Source of the DNA: an uncultured Clostridia bacterium | GTDB lineage: Bacteria > Bacillota > Clostridia > Christensenellales > DTU072 | Length of the DNA stretch: 64,000 bases | Assembly (NCBI GenBank): GCA_944349655.1 | Contig: CALVNL010000003.1 | Span: forward strand, 15,252-79,251 | Reading direction: 5' to 3' | Part shown: one piece after another, positions 24,299-35,199 of the stretch | How positions within the stretch are numbered: the stretch's first letter is position 1 | Layout: every line of letters begins with the position of its first letter | Program-made: the position numbers and the translations under genes | The notes under the pieces: generated by a model | Databases searched by the model: none | The model's input: only the letters and a program-made list of their open reading frames with translations | What the model was told of the DNA's origin: nothing

Positions 24299-25199
24299 TC
24301 TGCCTCCTCGATAAGCATATTTTCGTATCGTAACGGAATTTTTCCGAAATTATTTCGGTAAGCTCTCCGACGACTTTATCAATTATATCAAATGTTTCTT
24401 CTTTTGTAAATATAAGTTCCAAAACTAATTGTTTATTCTCCGCTCCGTAATCGTGAAGAGAAATGCTTTTGACTTCCGCCACTCCCTCGTAAGCCAAGCA
24501 AATTTCTTTTATTTCCTGCTCCCTTTCCGAAGAAATTTTTTCCCCGAGGATTTTTTTAGCGGCCGATATAAGCAATTTTATTCCGTTAATCAGCATAATC
24601 ACGCCTATAATCAAGCCGAAAACGGCGTCAAGTCTGAGATTGGCGTAACGGTTAAGGGAAAATCCTATCAGTGACATAGTCGTCACCCCCGCGTCGATGA
24701 AGCTGTCGAGGGAAGCTCCTTTCAGCACCCCGCTGTCCACCCTTTTATTGAAAAAACGGAAGAACAGTCCGAGAAGAATTTTAACGACGACGGTGGAAGC
24801 TATTATTGCAAAATAATTCCAGGTAAATACGAGAAGATAAGGTAATACGAACCTTTCCACGGCAAGATAAAGAAAACTTGCGCCTACTATACAAACTACG
24901 GTAGCTATGACGAAATCCGCTAGATATTCTATTCTTCCGTAACCGTAAACCATTTCGCCCGCGGCTTTTTTTCTGAGAAATGAAAACCCCACCGCCGCAA
25001 TTACAAAACTCAGACTGTCGGATAAATTATTGACGGCGTCGGTCATTACGGCAAGACTGTTGGAAGATAATCCTATATAAATTTTTACGATAAATAAAAT
25101 AAAATTAACCGCAACGCCCACGCTTATCGCCGCCAAGGCTTTATTTACACGCTCTTTCCCGCAATATAACTCAAGTTCTTTTATTTTATTTTGTTTCAA
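24282..25199 (-). CDS. Cation diffusion facilitator (CDF) family transporter
   Basis: SSNSLAVMTDAVNNLSDSLSF in TM2. Six predicted TMs plus a C-terminal cytoplasmic domain. Confidence 0.7.
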   Translation of the reverse strand: MKQNKIKELELYCGKERVNKALAAISVGVAVNFILFIVKIYIGLSSNSLAVMTDAVNNLSDSLSFVIAAVGFSFLRKKAAGEMVYGYGRIEYLADFVIATVVCIVGASFLYLAVERFVLPYLLVFTWNYFAIIASTVVVKILLGLFFRFFNKRVDSGVLKGASLDSFIDAGVTTMSLIGFSLNRYANLRLDAVFGLIIGVIMLINGIKLLISAAKKILGEKISSEREQEIKEICLAYEGVAEVKSISLHDYGAENKQLVLELIFTKEETFDIIDKVVGELTEIISEKFRYDTKICLSRRQNETQS

Positions 25200-25263
25200 T
25201 ATATTTCTCCTTTTTTTATTTGTAAAGCAAAATATAACTCGACTAAATTATAACTTTGACTTT

Positions 25264-26379
25264 TTACTCGACTGTTTTGCCGACGATTTTCTCGGCAAAA
25301 GCGCGCAAAGCTTTTTCCAGGTGTTCGCCGCAGAGGGCTACGTTTTCTTTTAAGGAAATCGTCCTGTCGTTTATTTCCACTATTTCCGCTTCGCCGAACT
25401 TAAATCCTTCGGATTTTTCGCCGCAGAAAACCGCAGCCTTTTTACCTGCTCTTATGGCGTCGGAAATAACTTTAGGACAAATTTTTCCGGCACGAGACGA
25501 GTCGCCGCCCGTTTCGTCGAATCGTCCCTCTCCGCTGATTACTACGTCACACTTTTCAAAGGCTTTTTCAAAGTCCTCCGTTGAAGTAAAGTACTCGGCT
25601 CCCGAAACGATCTCGGCATCGAAAAAGGCTTTGAAACAATACCCCAGTCCTCCTGCCGCTCCGGCTCCTTCAAAATTCGGGTCGACGCCTGTAAAGGAAG
25701 TTTGGGTAACGTAATGAAGCATATTGGTTTCCAGTTCTTCGACGTCTTGAGCCGACGCTCCTTTCTGCGGAGCAAAAATCCTGCTACAGCCTTCTTCGCC
25801 TGTCAAAGGGTTTTTTACATCGGTTAAGACCCTAAAGATTCTTCCTTCCACCGACTTTCTGAAATCCGAAACGTCGATAGCTTTTATATTTTTAAGGGTA
25901 TTGCCTACGGGTACGAAAGCCTGTCCGTCTTCGTCGTAAAATTTTACTCCGAGCGCCGAAAGCATCCCTGCTCCGCCGTCGTTGGTGGCGCTGCCGCCCA
26001 GTCCGACTATAATTTCTTTTTTCCCTAATTTCAGCAACAGTCTGATGATTTCTCCCAACCCGAACGTAGTGGTAAAAAGCGGATTTTTTATCATAGTATT
26101 GGCTAAAGAGGCACATTCGGAGACGGCGCAAACACCTTTTTCTCCGTCGAAAGCGTAGCGGGCAAATCTCTTTAAGAAATTTGCGTCGGAAACTTTACAC
26201 TCCGAAACCGTACCGCCGAAAACCGAAACGTAAGTGATTAAAAAACCGTCTCCTCCGTCGCTTAAGGGAAACAGGCGACATTCCTGCCCGTATCCCGACA
26301 ATACTCTTGCGGCGATATTGCAGAATTCGGTATTGCTCAATCCCCCTTTGAAACTGTCGGGGGCTATCAGAAATTTCAT
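25264..26379 (-). CDS. Glycerate kinase
   Basis: Start trimmed to MKFLIAPDSFKGGLS (GGTGGAG RBS). GGSATNDGGAGMLSALG motif present. Confidence 0.85.
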   Translation of the reverse strand: MKFLIAPDSFKGGLSNTEFCNIAARVLSGYGQECRLFPLSDGGDGFLITYVSVFGGTVSECKVSDANFLKRFARYAFDGEKGVCAVSECASLANTMIKNPLFTTTFGLGEIIRLLLKLGKKEIIVGLGGSATNDGGAGMLSALGVKFYDEDGQAFVPVGNTLKNIKAIDVSDFRKSVEGRIFRVLTDVKNPLTGEEGCSRIFAPQKGASAQDVEELETNMLHYVTQTSFTGVDPNFEGAGAAGGLGYCFKAFFDAEIVSGAEYFTSTEDFEKAFEKCDVVISGEGRFDETGGDSSRAGKICPKVISDAIRAGKKAAVFCGEKSEGFKFGEAEIVEINDRTISLKENVALCGEHLEKALRAFAEKIVGKTVE

Positions 26380-26475
26380 TTTTACTCCACCGTAAAACTT
26401 AAGATTATTTGACAATGTTTTATTGGATAATTATAATAAAATTTATAAATATAATCAAGTAGGTACAATTACGAT

Positions 26476-27990
26476 ATGAGAAAAATTCTGATTTTTGACA
26501 CCACTTTAAGAGACGGAGAACAAGCCCCCGGCAACAGTATGCACGCGTCCGAAAAACTGGAAATGAGCGCCCAACTCGAAAGACTCGGCGTGGACGTACT
26601 GGAAGCAGGCTTTGCCGCGGCTTCCCCCGGAGACTTCGCTTCGGTAAAAGAAATCGCCGAAGCCAGAAAAAATCTGATAGTTTGTTCGCTGTCCCGTTGC
26701 AAAAAAGAAGACATCGACGCAAGTTACGAAGCGTTGAAATCCGCCCTCGTCGCTCCGAGGATACACTTGTTTCTGGCGACAAGTCCCGTTCATATGCAAT
26801 ATAAACTGAAAATGAACGAAGATCAGGTTCTCGAACGTATAGCCGAGAGCGTGCGTTACACCAAAAAATTGGTTTCCGACGTACAATTTTCCTGCGAAGA
26901 CGCTATGCGCAGCGAAAGGTCGTTCCTTATCAAAGCCATTCAGACGGCTATCGACAACGGAGCCACCACGATAAACGTCCCCGACACCGTGGGATACAGT
27001 TATCCCGAAGAAATCGAAGATACCTTCCGTTTTATTCTGTCCAACGTAAAAAACGCCGACAAAGTTATTTTCGCCACGCACTGCCATAACGACCTCGGCC
27101 TTGCGGTAGCCAACTCCCTCGCCGCCATAAAGGCAGGCGCTTGCCAGTTGGAATGTACGGTAAACGGTATCGGCGAAAGGGCGGGGAACGCGTCCTTGGA
27201 AGAAGTTTGTATGGCGTTAAAGACGAGACGGGAGTATTACGACGCCGACACAGGGATCGACACTCGTCAGATATACACGACGAGTCAGCTTTTAAGCTCC
27301 ATAACCGGCGTAAAAATCCCCCCGACGAAACCGCTTGTCGGGAAAAACGCTTTTGCGCACGAAAGCGGAATACACCAACACGGAGTACTCGCCAACAAAG
27401 CCACTTACGAAATCATCGACCCGTCCTCTCTGGGTATCGTGCAAAACAATATCGTTCTCGGAAAACACAGCGGAAAACACGCTTTCAAGGACTACCTGAC
27501 GGGAATGGGCGTCGATGTAGCCGACGACGAACTGAATATGCTCTTCGAAAAATTCAAGAACATCGCCGACAAGAAAAAACAAATCACGCATAAGGATATA
27601 GAATATCTTATTTCTCACACCAACACCACGCAGGTCAAGAAGTCGGTCACTTTGAACAATTACGGTATAACCACCTTGAAAGGCGGGCCTGCCCTCGCCA
27701 CCATAACCTTGAACACGATGGACGGGATAAAGGCGGGCAACGCCACCGGGGACGGACCTATAGACGCCGCCTTCAAAGCCATTAACGCCATAACGGGCAG
27801 GGACTTCAAACTTATCGACTGGTCGGTAAGCGCCATAACCGAAGGCGAAGACGCTCTGGGCGCCGCAACCCTTCGCTTAAACTACAACGGCGTGGAAGTA
27901 ACGGGAAGAGGAATTTCCACCGACACCGTGGAAGCGTCGCTTCTGGCTTACCTGAACGGTTGCAATAAACTGTTCGATATGGTTCCATAA
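26476..27990 (+). CDS. leuA: 2-isopropylmalate synthase (a citramalate synthase cannot be excluded by eye)
   Basis: IFDTTLRDGEQAPG, HCHNDLGLAVANSLAA, C-terminal regulatory domain. First gene of the leuCDB cluster. Confidence 0.8.
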   Translation: MRKILIFDTTLRDGEQAPGNSMHASEKLEMSAQLERLGVDVLEAGFAAASPGDFASVKEIAEARKNLIVCSLSRCKKEDIDASYEALKSALVAPRIHLFLATSPVHMQYKLKMNEDQVLERIAESVRYTKKLVSDVQFSCEDAMRSERSFLIKAIQTAIDNGATTINVPDTVGYSYPEEIEDTFRFILSNVKNADKVIFATHCHNDLGLAVANSLAAIKAGACQLECTVNGIGERAGNASLEEVCMALKTRREYYDADTGIDTRQIYTTSQLLSSITGVKIPPTKPLVGKNAFAHESGIHQHGVLANKATYEIIDPSSLGIVQNNIVLGKHSGKHAFKDYLTGMGVDVADDELNMLFEKFKNIADKKKQITHKDIEYLISHTNTTQVKKSVTLNNYGITTLKGGPALATITLNTMDGIKAGNATGDGPIDAAFKAINAITGRDFKLIDWSVSAITEGEDALGAATLRLNYNGVEVTGRGISTDTVEASLLAYLNGCNKLFDMVP

Positions 27991-27999
27991 GGAGGCAAT

Positions 28000-29256
28000 A
28001 TGGGATACACAATTACCGAAAAACTTTTAATGAAGGCCTGTAAAAAAACCGAAATAAAAACGGGCGAACTGATTAAAGTCAACCTCGATATGGTACTCGG
28101 AAACGACATCACCACTCCCGTCGCCATAGCGGAGCTTGAGAAAAAAGGTATCGACAGAATTTTCGACAAGGACAAGATATCCATAGTCCTCGACCATTTC
28201 ACCCCGAACAAGGACATTAAATCCGCCACCCAGTCGGCTAAGTGCCGTACCTTTGCCAAAAGACACGCTATAACGCATTTCTACGACGTGGGCAGAATGG
28301 GAATAGAGCACGCCCTCTTGCCCGAACAGGGTATCGTTAAACCGGGCGACGTAATAATCGGAGCCGACTCGCACACCTGCACTTACGGCGCGATAGCGGC
28401 TTTTTCCACCGGAGTAGGCAGCACCGATATGGCTATGGGAATGGCTTGCGGAAAAACCTGGCTGAGAGTTCCGGCTCAAATAAAAGTAGTGCTGAAAGGA
28501 AAACTTGCTCCTTTCGTGAGCGGAAAAGATCTTATATTGCATCTTATCGGTATGATAGGCGTGGACGGAGCGTTGTATAAAACTCTGGAGTTCTGCGGCG
28601 AAGGCGTATCGTCCTTAAGTATGGACGACCGTTTTACCGTCTGCAATATGGCGGTGGAATGCGGCGCAAAGAACGGGATATTCCCTTTTGACGAAATAAC
28701 GGAAGAGTATCTCAAGGAAAGAGTCGCCGGTTACACGGTATTTTCTTCGGACGCCGACGCGTTCTACGAAAAAACCATTGAAATCGACTTAGCCAAACTC
28801 CGTCCCACGGTTGCTTTTCCGCATCTACCCTCCAACGTAAGGACCTTGCCCTGCAAGGAAACGGTCAAAGCCGACCAGGTGCTTATAGGAAGCTGTACCA
28901 ACGGCAGACTTTCCGACATAGAAAAGGCCTGCGCTATTCTCAAGGGCAGGAAGGTTGCCGACGGAGTAAGACTTATCGTGACCCCCGCCACGCAAAAGAT
29001 TTATCTCGAATGCGTAAAAAGGGGACTTTGCGAAATTATCGTGGAAGCGGGCGGCGTGGTCTCCACCCCCACCTGCGGAGCGTGCTTAGGCGGTCATATG
29101 GGAATACTCGCTTCCAAAGAAGTCTGCATCTCCTCCACAAACCGTAATTTCGTGGGCAGAATGGGAGCTATAGACAGCGAAATATATCTCGCCTCCCCCG
29201 AAGTCTGCGCCGCAAGCGCCGTTCTCGGCAGGCTTGCCTCCCCCGAAGAACTTTAA
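28000..29256 (+). CDS. leuC: 3-isopropylmalate dehydratase large subunit
   Basis: [18 protein letters not shown], aconitase-family Fe-S ligand cysteines. 418 aa. Confidence 0.85.
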   Translation: MGYTITEKLLMKACKKTEIKTGELIKVNLDMVLGNDITTPVAIAELEKKGIDRIFDKDKISIVLDHFTPNKDIKSATQSAKCRTFAKRHAITHFYDVGRMGIEHALLPEQGIVKPGDVIIGADSHTCTYGAIAAFSTGVGSTDMAMGMACGKTWLRVPAQIKVVLKGKLAPFVSGKDLILHLIGMIGVDGALYKTLEFCGEGVSSLSMDDRFTVCNMAVECGAKNGIFPFDEITEEYLKERVAGYTVFSSDADAFYEKTIEIDLAKLRPTVAFPHLPSNVRTLPCKETVKADQVLIGSCTNGRLSDIEKACAILKGRKVADGVRLIVTPATQKIYLECVKRGLCEIIVEAGGVVSTPTCGACLGGHMGILASKEVCISSTNRNFVGRMGAIDSEIYLASPEVCAASAVLGRLASPEEL

Positions 29257-29285
29257 TTTTCAAGTTTTAACAAGGAGTAATTATA

Positions 29286-29765
29286 ATGGGTAAAGTATAT
29301 AAATTCGCCGACAACGTGGATACCGACGTAATCATCCCGGCAAGGTACCTCAATCAATCGTCCGTCGAACATCTCGCTTCCCACTGTATGGAAGACGCCG
29401 ACGCGACTTTCGCCTCCAAAGTAAAAAAGGGCGACTTCATCGTCGCCGGCGAGAATTTCGGATGCGGCTCCAGTCGTGAACACGCTCCTATCGCCATAAA
29501 AGGGTGCGGAGTGGAAGCGGTTATAGCCAAAAGTTTTGCCCGAATTTTTTACCGCAACGCCATAAACATAGGACTTGCCATAGTCGTATGTCCCGACTGC
29601 GGGGAAATAAACGAGGGAGACGAACTGACTTTCGACGCTTCCAGCGGTGCGATAAGCGACCTTACCACGAGCAAAACGTATCAAGGCGACACCTTCCCTC
29701 CTTTTATAAAAAATATCATCGACAAGGGCGGACTTCTGAACTGCCTGGAGGATTTTTCCGATTAA
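29286..29765 (+). CDS. leuD: 3-isopropylmalate dehydratase small subunit
   Basis: [27 protein letters not shown]. 159 aa. Confidence 0.85.
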   Translation: MGKVYKFADNVDTDVIIPARYLNQSSVEHLASHCMEDADATFASKVKKGDFIVAGENFGCGSSREHAPIAIKGCGVEAVIAKSFARIFYRNAINIGLAIVVCPDCGEINEGDELTFDASSGAISDLTTSKTYQGDTFPPFIKNIIDKGGLLNCLEDFSD

Positions 29766-29807
29766 ATTCGGTCTTTTCGAAATAGAATAAAGCGAGGAGA
29801 AAATATT

Positions 29808-30872
29808 ATGAATAAAAAAATAGCGTTGATTTACGGGGACGGAATAGGTCCCGACATAGTGAAAGCGGCGGTAAAGGTATTGGAAAGGATAGCGGAAAAA
29901 TACCGCCATAAATTCACTTTTTGCGACGCTCCGATGGGCGGCAACGCGATAGACGAATACGGAGACCCGTTACCTAAGAAGAGCGTGGACGTCTGTCTTG
30001 CTTCCGACAGCGTGCTTTTAGGCGCCGTAGGAGGTAAAAAATGGGATAACCTTTCCGGCTCCAAACGTCCCGAAGCGGGACTTCTCGGCATAAGAAAGGC
30101 TCTTAAACTTTACGCAAACATCCGCCCTGCGAAACTTTTTCCGCAGGTAGCCGACCGCAGCCCCCTGCGTAAGGACATCGTGGAAAACGGTTTCGATATG
30201 GTGATAGTGAGAGAACTTACGGGCGGTATCTATTTCGGAGAAAGAGGTATCCGTCAAGGAAAACTGGGTCGGGAAGCGTACGATACCGAGTGTTATTCGG
30301 AAATCGAGATCGAACGTATCGCAAGAGTAGCTTTCGAAATAGCCCGGAAGCGTAACAAGAAAATAACCAGTATCGACAAGGCAAACGTTCTGGAAAGCTC
30401 CCGTCTTTGGAGATATGCGATACACGAAGTAGCTCAGGACTACCCCGACGTTACCGTAAACGATATGTTCGTGGACAACGCCGCTATGCAGCTTGTAAAA
30501 GACCCGTCGCAGTTCGACGTTATAGTTACGAGCAATATGTTCGGAGACATTCTCAGCGACCTTGCAAGCGCTCTGACGGGAAGCATAGGGCTTCTTCCCT
30601 CGGCGTCTCTGAACGACACCACCCTCGGTCTCTACGAACCCATTCACGGGTCCGCTCCCGATCTCGGCGAAAACGTGGCAAACCCCATCGCCACCATACT
30701 TAGCGCCGCTATGATGTTGCGTTACTCTTTCGATATGACGGAGGAAGCCGCCGACGTGGAAAAAGCCGTGGACAAAGTCCTCTGCGACAACCGCACTCAA
30801 GACCTCTGGTCGGAAGGAAAGCGTCTCTGCTCCACTTCGGAAATTACCGACCTCATAATAAAAAATATCTGA
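29808..30872 (+). CDS. leuB: 3-isopropylmalate dehydrogenase
   Basis: [39 protein letters not shown]. Confidence 0.9.
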   Translation: MNKKIALIYGDGIGPDIVKAAVKVLERIAEKYRHKFTFCDAPMGGNAIDEYGDPLPKKSVDVCLASDSVLLGAVGGKKWDNLSGSKRPEAGLLGIRKALKLYANIRPAKLFPQVADRSPLRKDIVENGFDMVIVRELTGGIYFGERGIRQGKLGREAYDTECYSEIEIERIARVAFEIARKRNKKITSIDKANVLESSRLWRYAIHEVAQDYPDVTVNDMFVDNAAMQLVKDPSQFDVIVTSNMFGDILSDLASALTGSIGLLPSASLNDTTLGLYEPIHGSAPDLGENVANPIATILSAAMMLRYSFDMTEEAADVEKAVDKVLCDNRTQDLWSEGKRLCSTSEITDLIIKNI

Positions 30873-30891
30873 CCTATATAAACACGTCGAA

Positions 30892-30919
30892 AGCGGCAAC
30901 TATGGTTGCCGCTTTTTTT
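30892..30919 (+). terminator. Rho-independent terminator after leuB
   Basis: AGCGGCAAC, loop TATG, GTTGCCGCT, then T7. Confidence 0.75.
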
Positions 30920-30953
30920 ATAATGAAAACTTAAATATTGACTTCGAGTTACT

Positions 30954-31505
30954 TTATTTTATCGGAGTTTCCGATAAAAAGACCGTGTCGCCCGTTCTGT
31001 AATAATGAACGTCTCCGCCCCATCCGAAACTTCTCTCCTCTGTCCGAAGAGATAATCGTATAGTACCTTTCTTCCCGACAAAAAGTTCTTCGGGTATGGT
31101 CAAAAGTTCGGTATGATTGAAAAATAGTTCGTCTACATATTCTCCGTCTTCATTCCAATGCGTAAAGCAATACTCTTCGGTATTATAGTCGTATATCGTT
31201 TTTATATAATGGTAAGTTTCCGTTTCTAAGTTTACGAAATAGACGTCGACTACGCTTTCCTCCGGAGGATATATGCTGTATAACCACCCGAAAGAATAAT
31301 AAAGAGTGACGTCGTTTACCGGAAAGACATTGACTTCGGATCGGTATGCGCATAAATTTGTAGGTAACATACAACCTTCCCCGGCTTTATATCCTTTTTC
31401 CAGTCCCTTTTTTTCGGGCTCTTCCTCTTCCGCTCCGCCGCAACCGCAAAATATCAAAACAAGAGTAGTTACGATAACGGTCAATATAATAAGTTTTCTT
31501 TTCAT
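30954..31505 (-). CDS. Lipoprotein of unknown function
   Basis: Trimmed to MKRKLIILTVIVTTLVLIFCGCGG (lipobox). Confidence 0.65.
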   Translation of the reverse strand: MKRKLIILTVIVTTLVLIFCGCGGAEEEEPEKKGLEKGYKAGEGCMLPTNLCAYRSEVNVFPVNDVTLYYSFGWLYSIYPPEESVVDVYFVNLETETYHYIKTIYDYNTEEYCFTHWNEDGEYVDELFFNHTELLTIPEELFVGKKGTIRLSLRTEERSFGWGGDVHYYRTGDTVFLSETPIK

Positions 31506-31717
31506 TCCGTCCCTCCCTTTCCTGTAAGCCGTTGCAGGGTGCAAATAATCTGTTTCATCGGTTTTTTTATTAAATCGTATGCAAAATTATCTTTGGTAAA
31601 AAAATAAAAAATTTATTATTTTCCTTATTTTTATTATATTATCGGTGTAACGACAAGTCAACCCGCTTTTTCGAAAGCGGGTTGACGGCAAAATCGGATT
31701 GAAATCGAAACGGATTT

Positions 31718-32428
31718 TTATTCTTGCGTTTCTCCGTTTCCGTCATCGGCGGACTGTTTCTTTTTCAATTTTTTATATTTAACGATAAAGGTCACGACTA
31801 ACGCGACTAAAGTAACCAGCACGAACAACGCCAGCACCAAAAGTATCAAGGACGAGTATTTTCCGAGGACTATGTTGAGTACGGTTATAATAAGTCCCGC
31901 CGCGAAATTTCCGAGAACTATGGCAGGCACGCTGTAACGGTATTCCAAATCCAGGAAAGCCGCAACCGCCGACCCCGTCCATACTCCCGTCATCGGCAGA
32001 GGTATCGCCACGAACACAAACACCCCCAACGCCTTGTTGAAACGGTTTTTTCGTTTTTTAGTTTCTTCGTCGAGAACTTCTTTCGCTTTTTCCTTCCCGT
32101 CTCCTTCCTTTTCGGCGTCGTTTTCCAGCTTTTTGGCCTTGCTCATAAACATTTCTTCCACGGCGGTGGCTATTTTGCAAAATGCTTTGGTCTTTTTCAA
32201 CGCTCTTAAAATGGGTTTCAAAAACAACAGAAGTATCGGACAGACTATAAGCGCGCTGCAACAGGACAGAACGTACGCTATCCACGGGTTCATTCCCAAA
32301 TTGGTGGCGACGGTTATCGCCCCTCTTACCTCGATCATCGGAATAATGCTTATTATTACCGTTACCAGATAATTATTGTTAAAAGCTCCCTGGAGCCAGT
32401 TTACTATAGCTTCGGTGAAGGCTTCCAT
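31718..32428 (-). CDS. Membrane protein, putative small multidrug export family (COG2426-like) with an inserted charged loop
   Basis: IISIIPMIEVRGAITVATNLGMNPW. Several TMs. Central K/E-rich insert. Confidence 0.5.
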   Translation of the reverse strand: MEAFTEAIVNWLQGAFNNNYLVTVIISIIPMIEVRGAITVATNLGMNPWIAYVLSCCSALIVCPILLLFLKPILRALKKTKAFCKIATAVEEMFMSKAKKLENDAEKEGDGKEKAKEVLDEETKKRKNRFNKALGVFVFVAIPLPMTGVWTGSAVAAFLDLEYRYSVPAIVLGNFAAGLIITVLNIVLGKYSSLILLVLALFVLVTLVALVVTFIVKYKKLKKKQSADDGNGETQE

Positions 32429-32433
32429 ATCGT

Positions 32434-33276
32434 TTATCTCCTGATTTTTTCTAAAATATATTCGGCGTAAACGCCTGCTATGTTAATTCCGCTCACTCTT
32501 TCCGCGTTTTCAAAATAAGCGTTGCCGTTGACTTCGATAATCGACGGTTGGTCGCAAAAAAGATCCACGCCGCAATAGTCTAATTTCAAACCCTCGGCGG
32601 CTTTTTCGGCTAAGGAAAGATACTCTTTACTAAGGATTGCTTTTTCGGCGATTCCTCCGTTGTGGGCGTTACTGCGGAAATCGTTTTCCGACTTAAGGCG
32701 CATACTCGCAACCGCCTTTCCGCCCACTACGATAACTCTGTAACTTTCTCCTTTGCTTCCCTCTTCGTAGGACTGGAAAAGTTTTTCTTCCGCTCCCGTT
32801 TCTTCGTCGAGTTCGATAAGCTCCGCCCTCGTCTTCGCCAGATAAACCCCCATTCCGAGGGAACTCCTCGCTTTCTTGACGACTAAAGGAAGCCCCAGTT
32901 CTTCTATAAGATAATCGTAAACGGAATTGTCTTTTTCGTAAACGTAACGTTTCGGCGACGCCAAGGTTTTCGGCATAGGCAAGCCGAGGGAAGAAAGTAT
33001 AACCGCCGTTTTTATTTTGTCGTCGGCGTTTTCCGTCCCTTCCGACCCGTTGAAAACTTTTATTCCCGCCTTTTCCAACGCCATACAGAACGCTACGTCC
33101 TTGTCGAAAAATACCGCAAAATCGGCTTTGGGTATTTTTTGACAGTCCCAAGGACGGGAAAAAGCTAAAACTTCGCTTTCTACACCTCTTTTTTCCAGTT
33201 CTTCCTTCATACGGCGGCATTGATGCGCCGAGGCCTGCGAGGTATAGAAAGCATTGATTACGATAAGAGCCTTCAT
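32434..33276 (-). CDS. RimK-family ATP-grasp ligase
   Basis: LPLVVKKARSSLGMGVYL, YRVIVVGGKAVASMRLKSENDFRSNAHNGG, GVDLF..IIEVNGNAYF. Confidence 0.65.
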   Translation of the reverse strand: MKALIVINAFYTSQASAHQCRRMKEELEKRGVESEVLAFSRPWDCQKIPKADFAVFFDKDVAFCMALEKAGIKVFNGSEGTENADDKIKTAVILSSLGLPMPKTLASPKRYVYEKDNSVYDYLIEELGLPLVVKKARSSLGMGVYLAKTRAELIELDEETGAEEKLFQSYEEGSKGESYRVIVVGGKAVASMRLKSENDFRSNAHNGGIAEKAILSKEYLSLAEKAAEGLKLDYCGVDLFCDQPSIIEVNGNAYFENAERVSGINIAGVYAEYILEKIRR

Positions 33277-35183
33277 TCGCTTACTTTTACCAGACAGTTG
33301 GCTATGGTTATCGCGTCGGCGTAATAACTGTTCATTGTTATTTTGGTATTGTATTTAGTGAAATTATGACCGTTAATCGTACGGTAATAAACGCCCGAAA
33401 CAGCCGACGCGGTCTGATAATAATCGTGACTGTCGGGAACAAACGTCAGACTGACGTAATGCGTGGAACTGAAAGCATAACCTTCTTTGGAAAGGTCTCC
33501 TTCGCTGTCCACTGTTTTATCGTCCAGTCTTACCACGTAAAAACCGCTATCGTCGGCGTTTACCGAGAAAGAGGCTATCTCGTTTTCCTTGCTGTCGGTC
33601 ACGCTGACCGTCAACGTGGCTTCGGAAATGCCTGCGTATCCGTCGTTCATATATCCGTCTCCGTCGTAATCCTTATAGACGTAACCGCAGATAAGGGTAT
33701 AGCTGTCCTGATCGGAAAGCTGGAAGTTCTCCGAACGGAAATACGCCATCGTGTAATCGCTGAAAGTGTAAACGGGATTGCCGTGGACGGTTTCCTTCGT
33801 GGTCTTGGTAAGGTATTTTTTCATACTGAAAGATATCCCTCTTAGCGCCCTGGTATAAACGGTGGGCGTCCAGGCGCTCAGACCGAAATTCTTGCCTCTG
33901 GAACTGGAAGCCGTGGAGGAAGAGTCGTTATTCAGCTGACGGTTGTTTATTATGGGACGGGTTTCGTTAGGCGCCCAGTTAAAGCCCGAATAACTGTAAT
34001 AGGTCTGAAAATCGTTCAGCGAACGGGGGTAACCCGAAGCATAACTTGCACCTGCGTTGCCCGAGTCGTCGCTTCCTATAATACTGTAAAGATACCAGTC
34101 CATAGCGATACGCTTCTTTGCTTTATACTCGTCGGAAAACTTGGTGGAATAACTTTCTCTGAACTCCAGATAAGTAAGTTTTTGTTTAAAAGAATTGAAA
34201 GTAACTTCGTCGTTTTCGCCCATCTCCACGTCGTAAGCGTAATTCACTACCTGTTGGTCTATAGTACCGCTGCCGGTTTCCACTTTTACGGTGGCTATTT
34301 CCTTACTTTCCACCATTTCTATGGCGGCGCCGTACGACGCCACTTTCTCCGACATTTTGTCGGCAACGTACAGCATACCGTAATCGTCGGAAATATTACT
34401 TCCCCAGGGTATCACACTGTCGGCAAGGTTCATATCGTCCACCGACAGATACGGGTCGCAAAGGGTCACTCTTGCGGGAAGTACGTTCTTGTCAAGCAAT
34501 CCTTTTTCTTGCTTGGAAGCAAGATAATAAGAAGCAGTTAAAGCAAGATCCGCTCCCGTGCCGTTTCCGACGAAACGTATCTCGTTCCCCTTTATCTGTT
34601 CGGAAAGTTCTTCGATATAAAGAGTTGCGAAAACTTCGGTGAGCGAATAATTGGGTACCTTGGTGGTTTCGTAACCGTTTTCCACCGAATAACGCATTTT
34701 GGGTACCGAAAAAAGTTTAGCTAAAATATCGTCGGGATTATCTTCGTCGGTGAAGTTTTCCCAACGGAAAATAACCACGTTCCAGCCGGCAACGTTAGTC
34801 CAGTAATCGGCAAGATTGAGTTTAAGCCCCTCCGCCCTGTAACCGATATTGTCGGCGACGACATAGTCGGTAGAGCTCGAACCGCTTTCCTTGAAAGTGT
34901 ATTCCGCCGCGTCCAGCGTCATTGAAAAATCCTCTCCTCCGCTTTCGCCGGGAATAACCACGAGAGTGGGTTTGAACGTGTTATAGGGTTTAACCCACTC
35001 GAAAACGAGATTTCCGCTCTTCCGAACTTCGGAAAGATACGCTATATCCGATTTTTTTAATAACGTTTCATCGGATTTTTCCCTGAAAAGCGGCGGTAAA
35101 AACACTCCGAGGAGAGTAGCCGTAACAGCTAAAATTACCACGCAGGCAACGATAACAATGATAAGTTTCGTTTTTTTCGTCAT
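33273..35183 (-). CDS. Membrane-anchored lipase-like protein with Gly at the nucleophile position, plus an SdrD-B/Cna-B-like C-terminal domain
   Basis: N-terminal TM. FVGNGTGADLAL (G206-N-G208-T-G210, nt 34554-34568) stands where the paralog has GLSLG. C-terminal GYVYKDYDGDGYMNDGYAGI. Confidence 0.65.
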   Translation of the reverse strand: MTKKTKLIIVIVACVVILAVTATLLGVFLPPLFREKSDETLLKKSDIAYLSEVRKSGNLVFEWVKPYNTFKPTLVVIPGESGGEDFSMTLDAAEYTFKESGSSSTDYVVADNIGYRAEGLKLNLADYWTNVAGWNVVIFRWENFTDEDNPDDILAKLFSVPKMRYSVENGYETTKVPNYSLTEVFATLYIEELSEQIKGNEIRFVGNGTGADLALTASYYLASKQEKGLLDKNVLPARVTLCDPYLSVDDMNLADSVIPWGSNISDDYGMLYVADKMSEKVASYGAAIEMVESKEIATVKVETGSGTIDQQVVNYAYDVEMGENDEVTFNSFKQKLTYLEFRESYSTKFSDEYKAKKRIAMDWYLYSIIGSDDSGNAGASYASGYPRSLNDFQTYYSYSGFNWAPNETRPIINNRQLNNDSSSTASSSRGKNFGLSAWTPTVYTRALRGISFSMKKYLTKTTKETVHGNPVYTFSDYTMAYFRSENFQLSDQDSYTLICGYVYKDYDGDGYMNDGYAGISEATLTVSVTDSKENEIASFSVNADDSGFYVVRLDDKTVDSEGDLSKEGYAFSSTHYVSLTFVPDSHDYYQTASAVSGVYYRTINGHNFTKYNTKITMNSYYADAITIANCLVKVSE

Positions 35184-35199
35184 TCTTGAAATAACCTCT

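Noticed and set aside
26420-30899. Antisense and alternative-frame ORFs across the leu cluster (e.g. 26506..27087, 28027..28542, 29253..29909, 30018..30899).
   Set aside because: These are shadow ORFs of the well-supported leuA, leuC, leuD and leuB frames. Their translations are R/G/S-rich nonsense.
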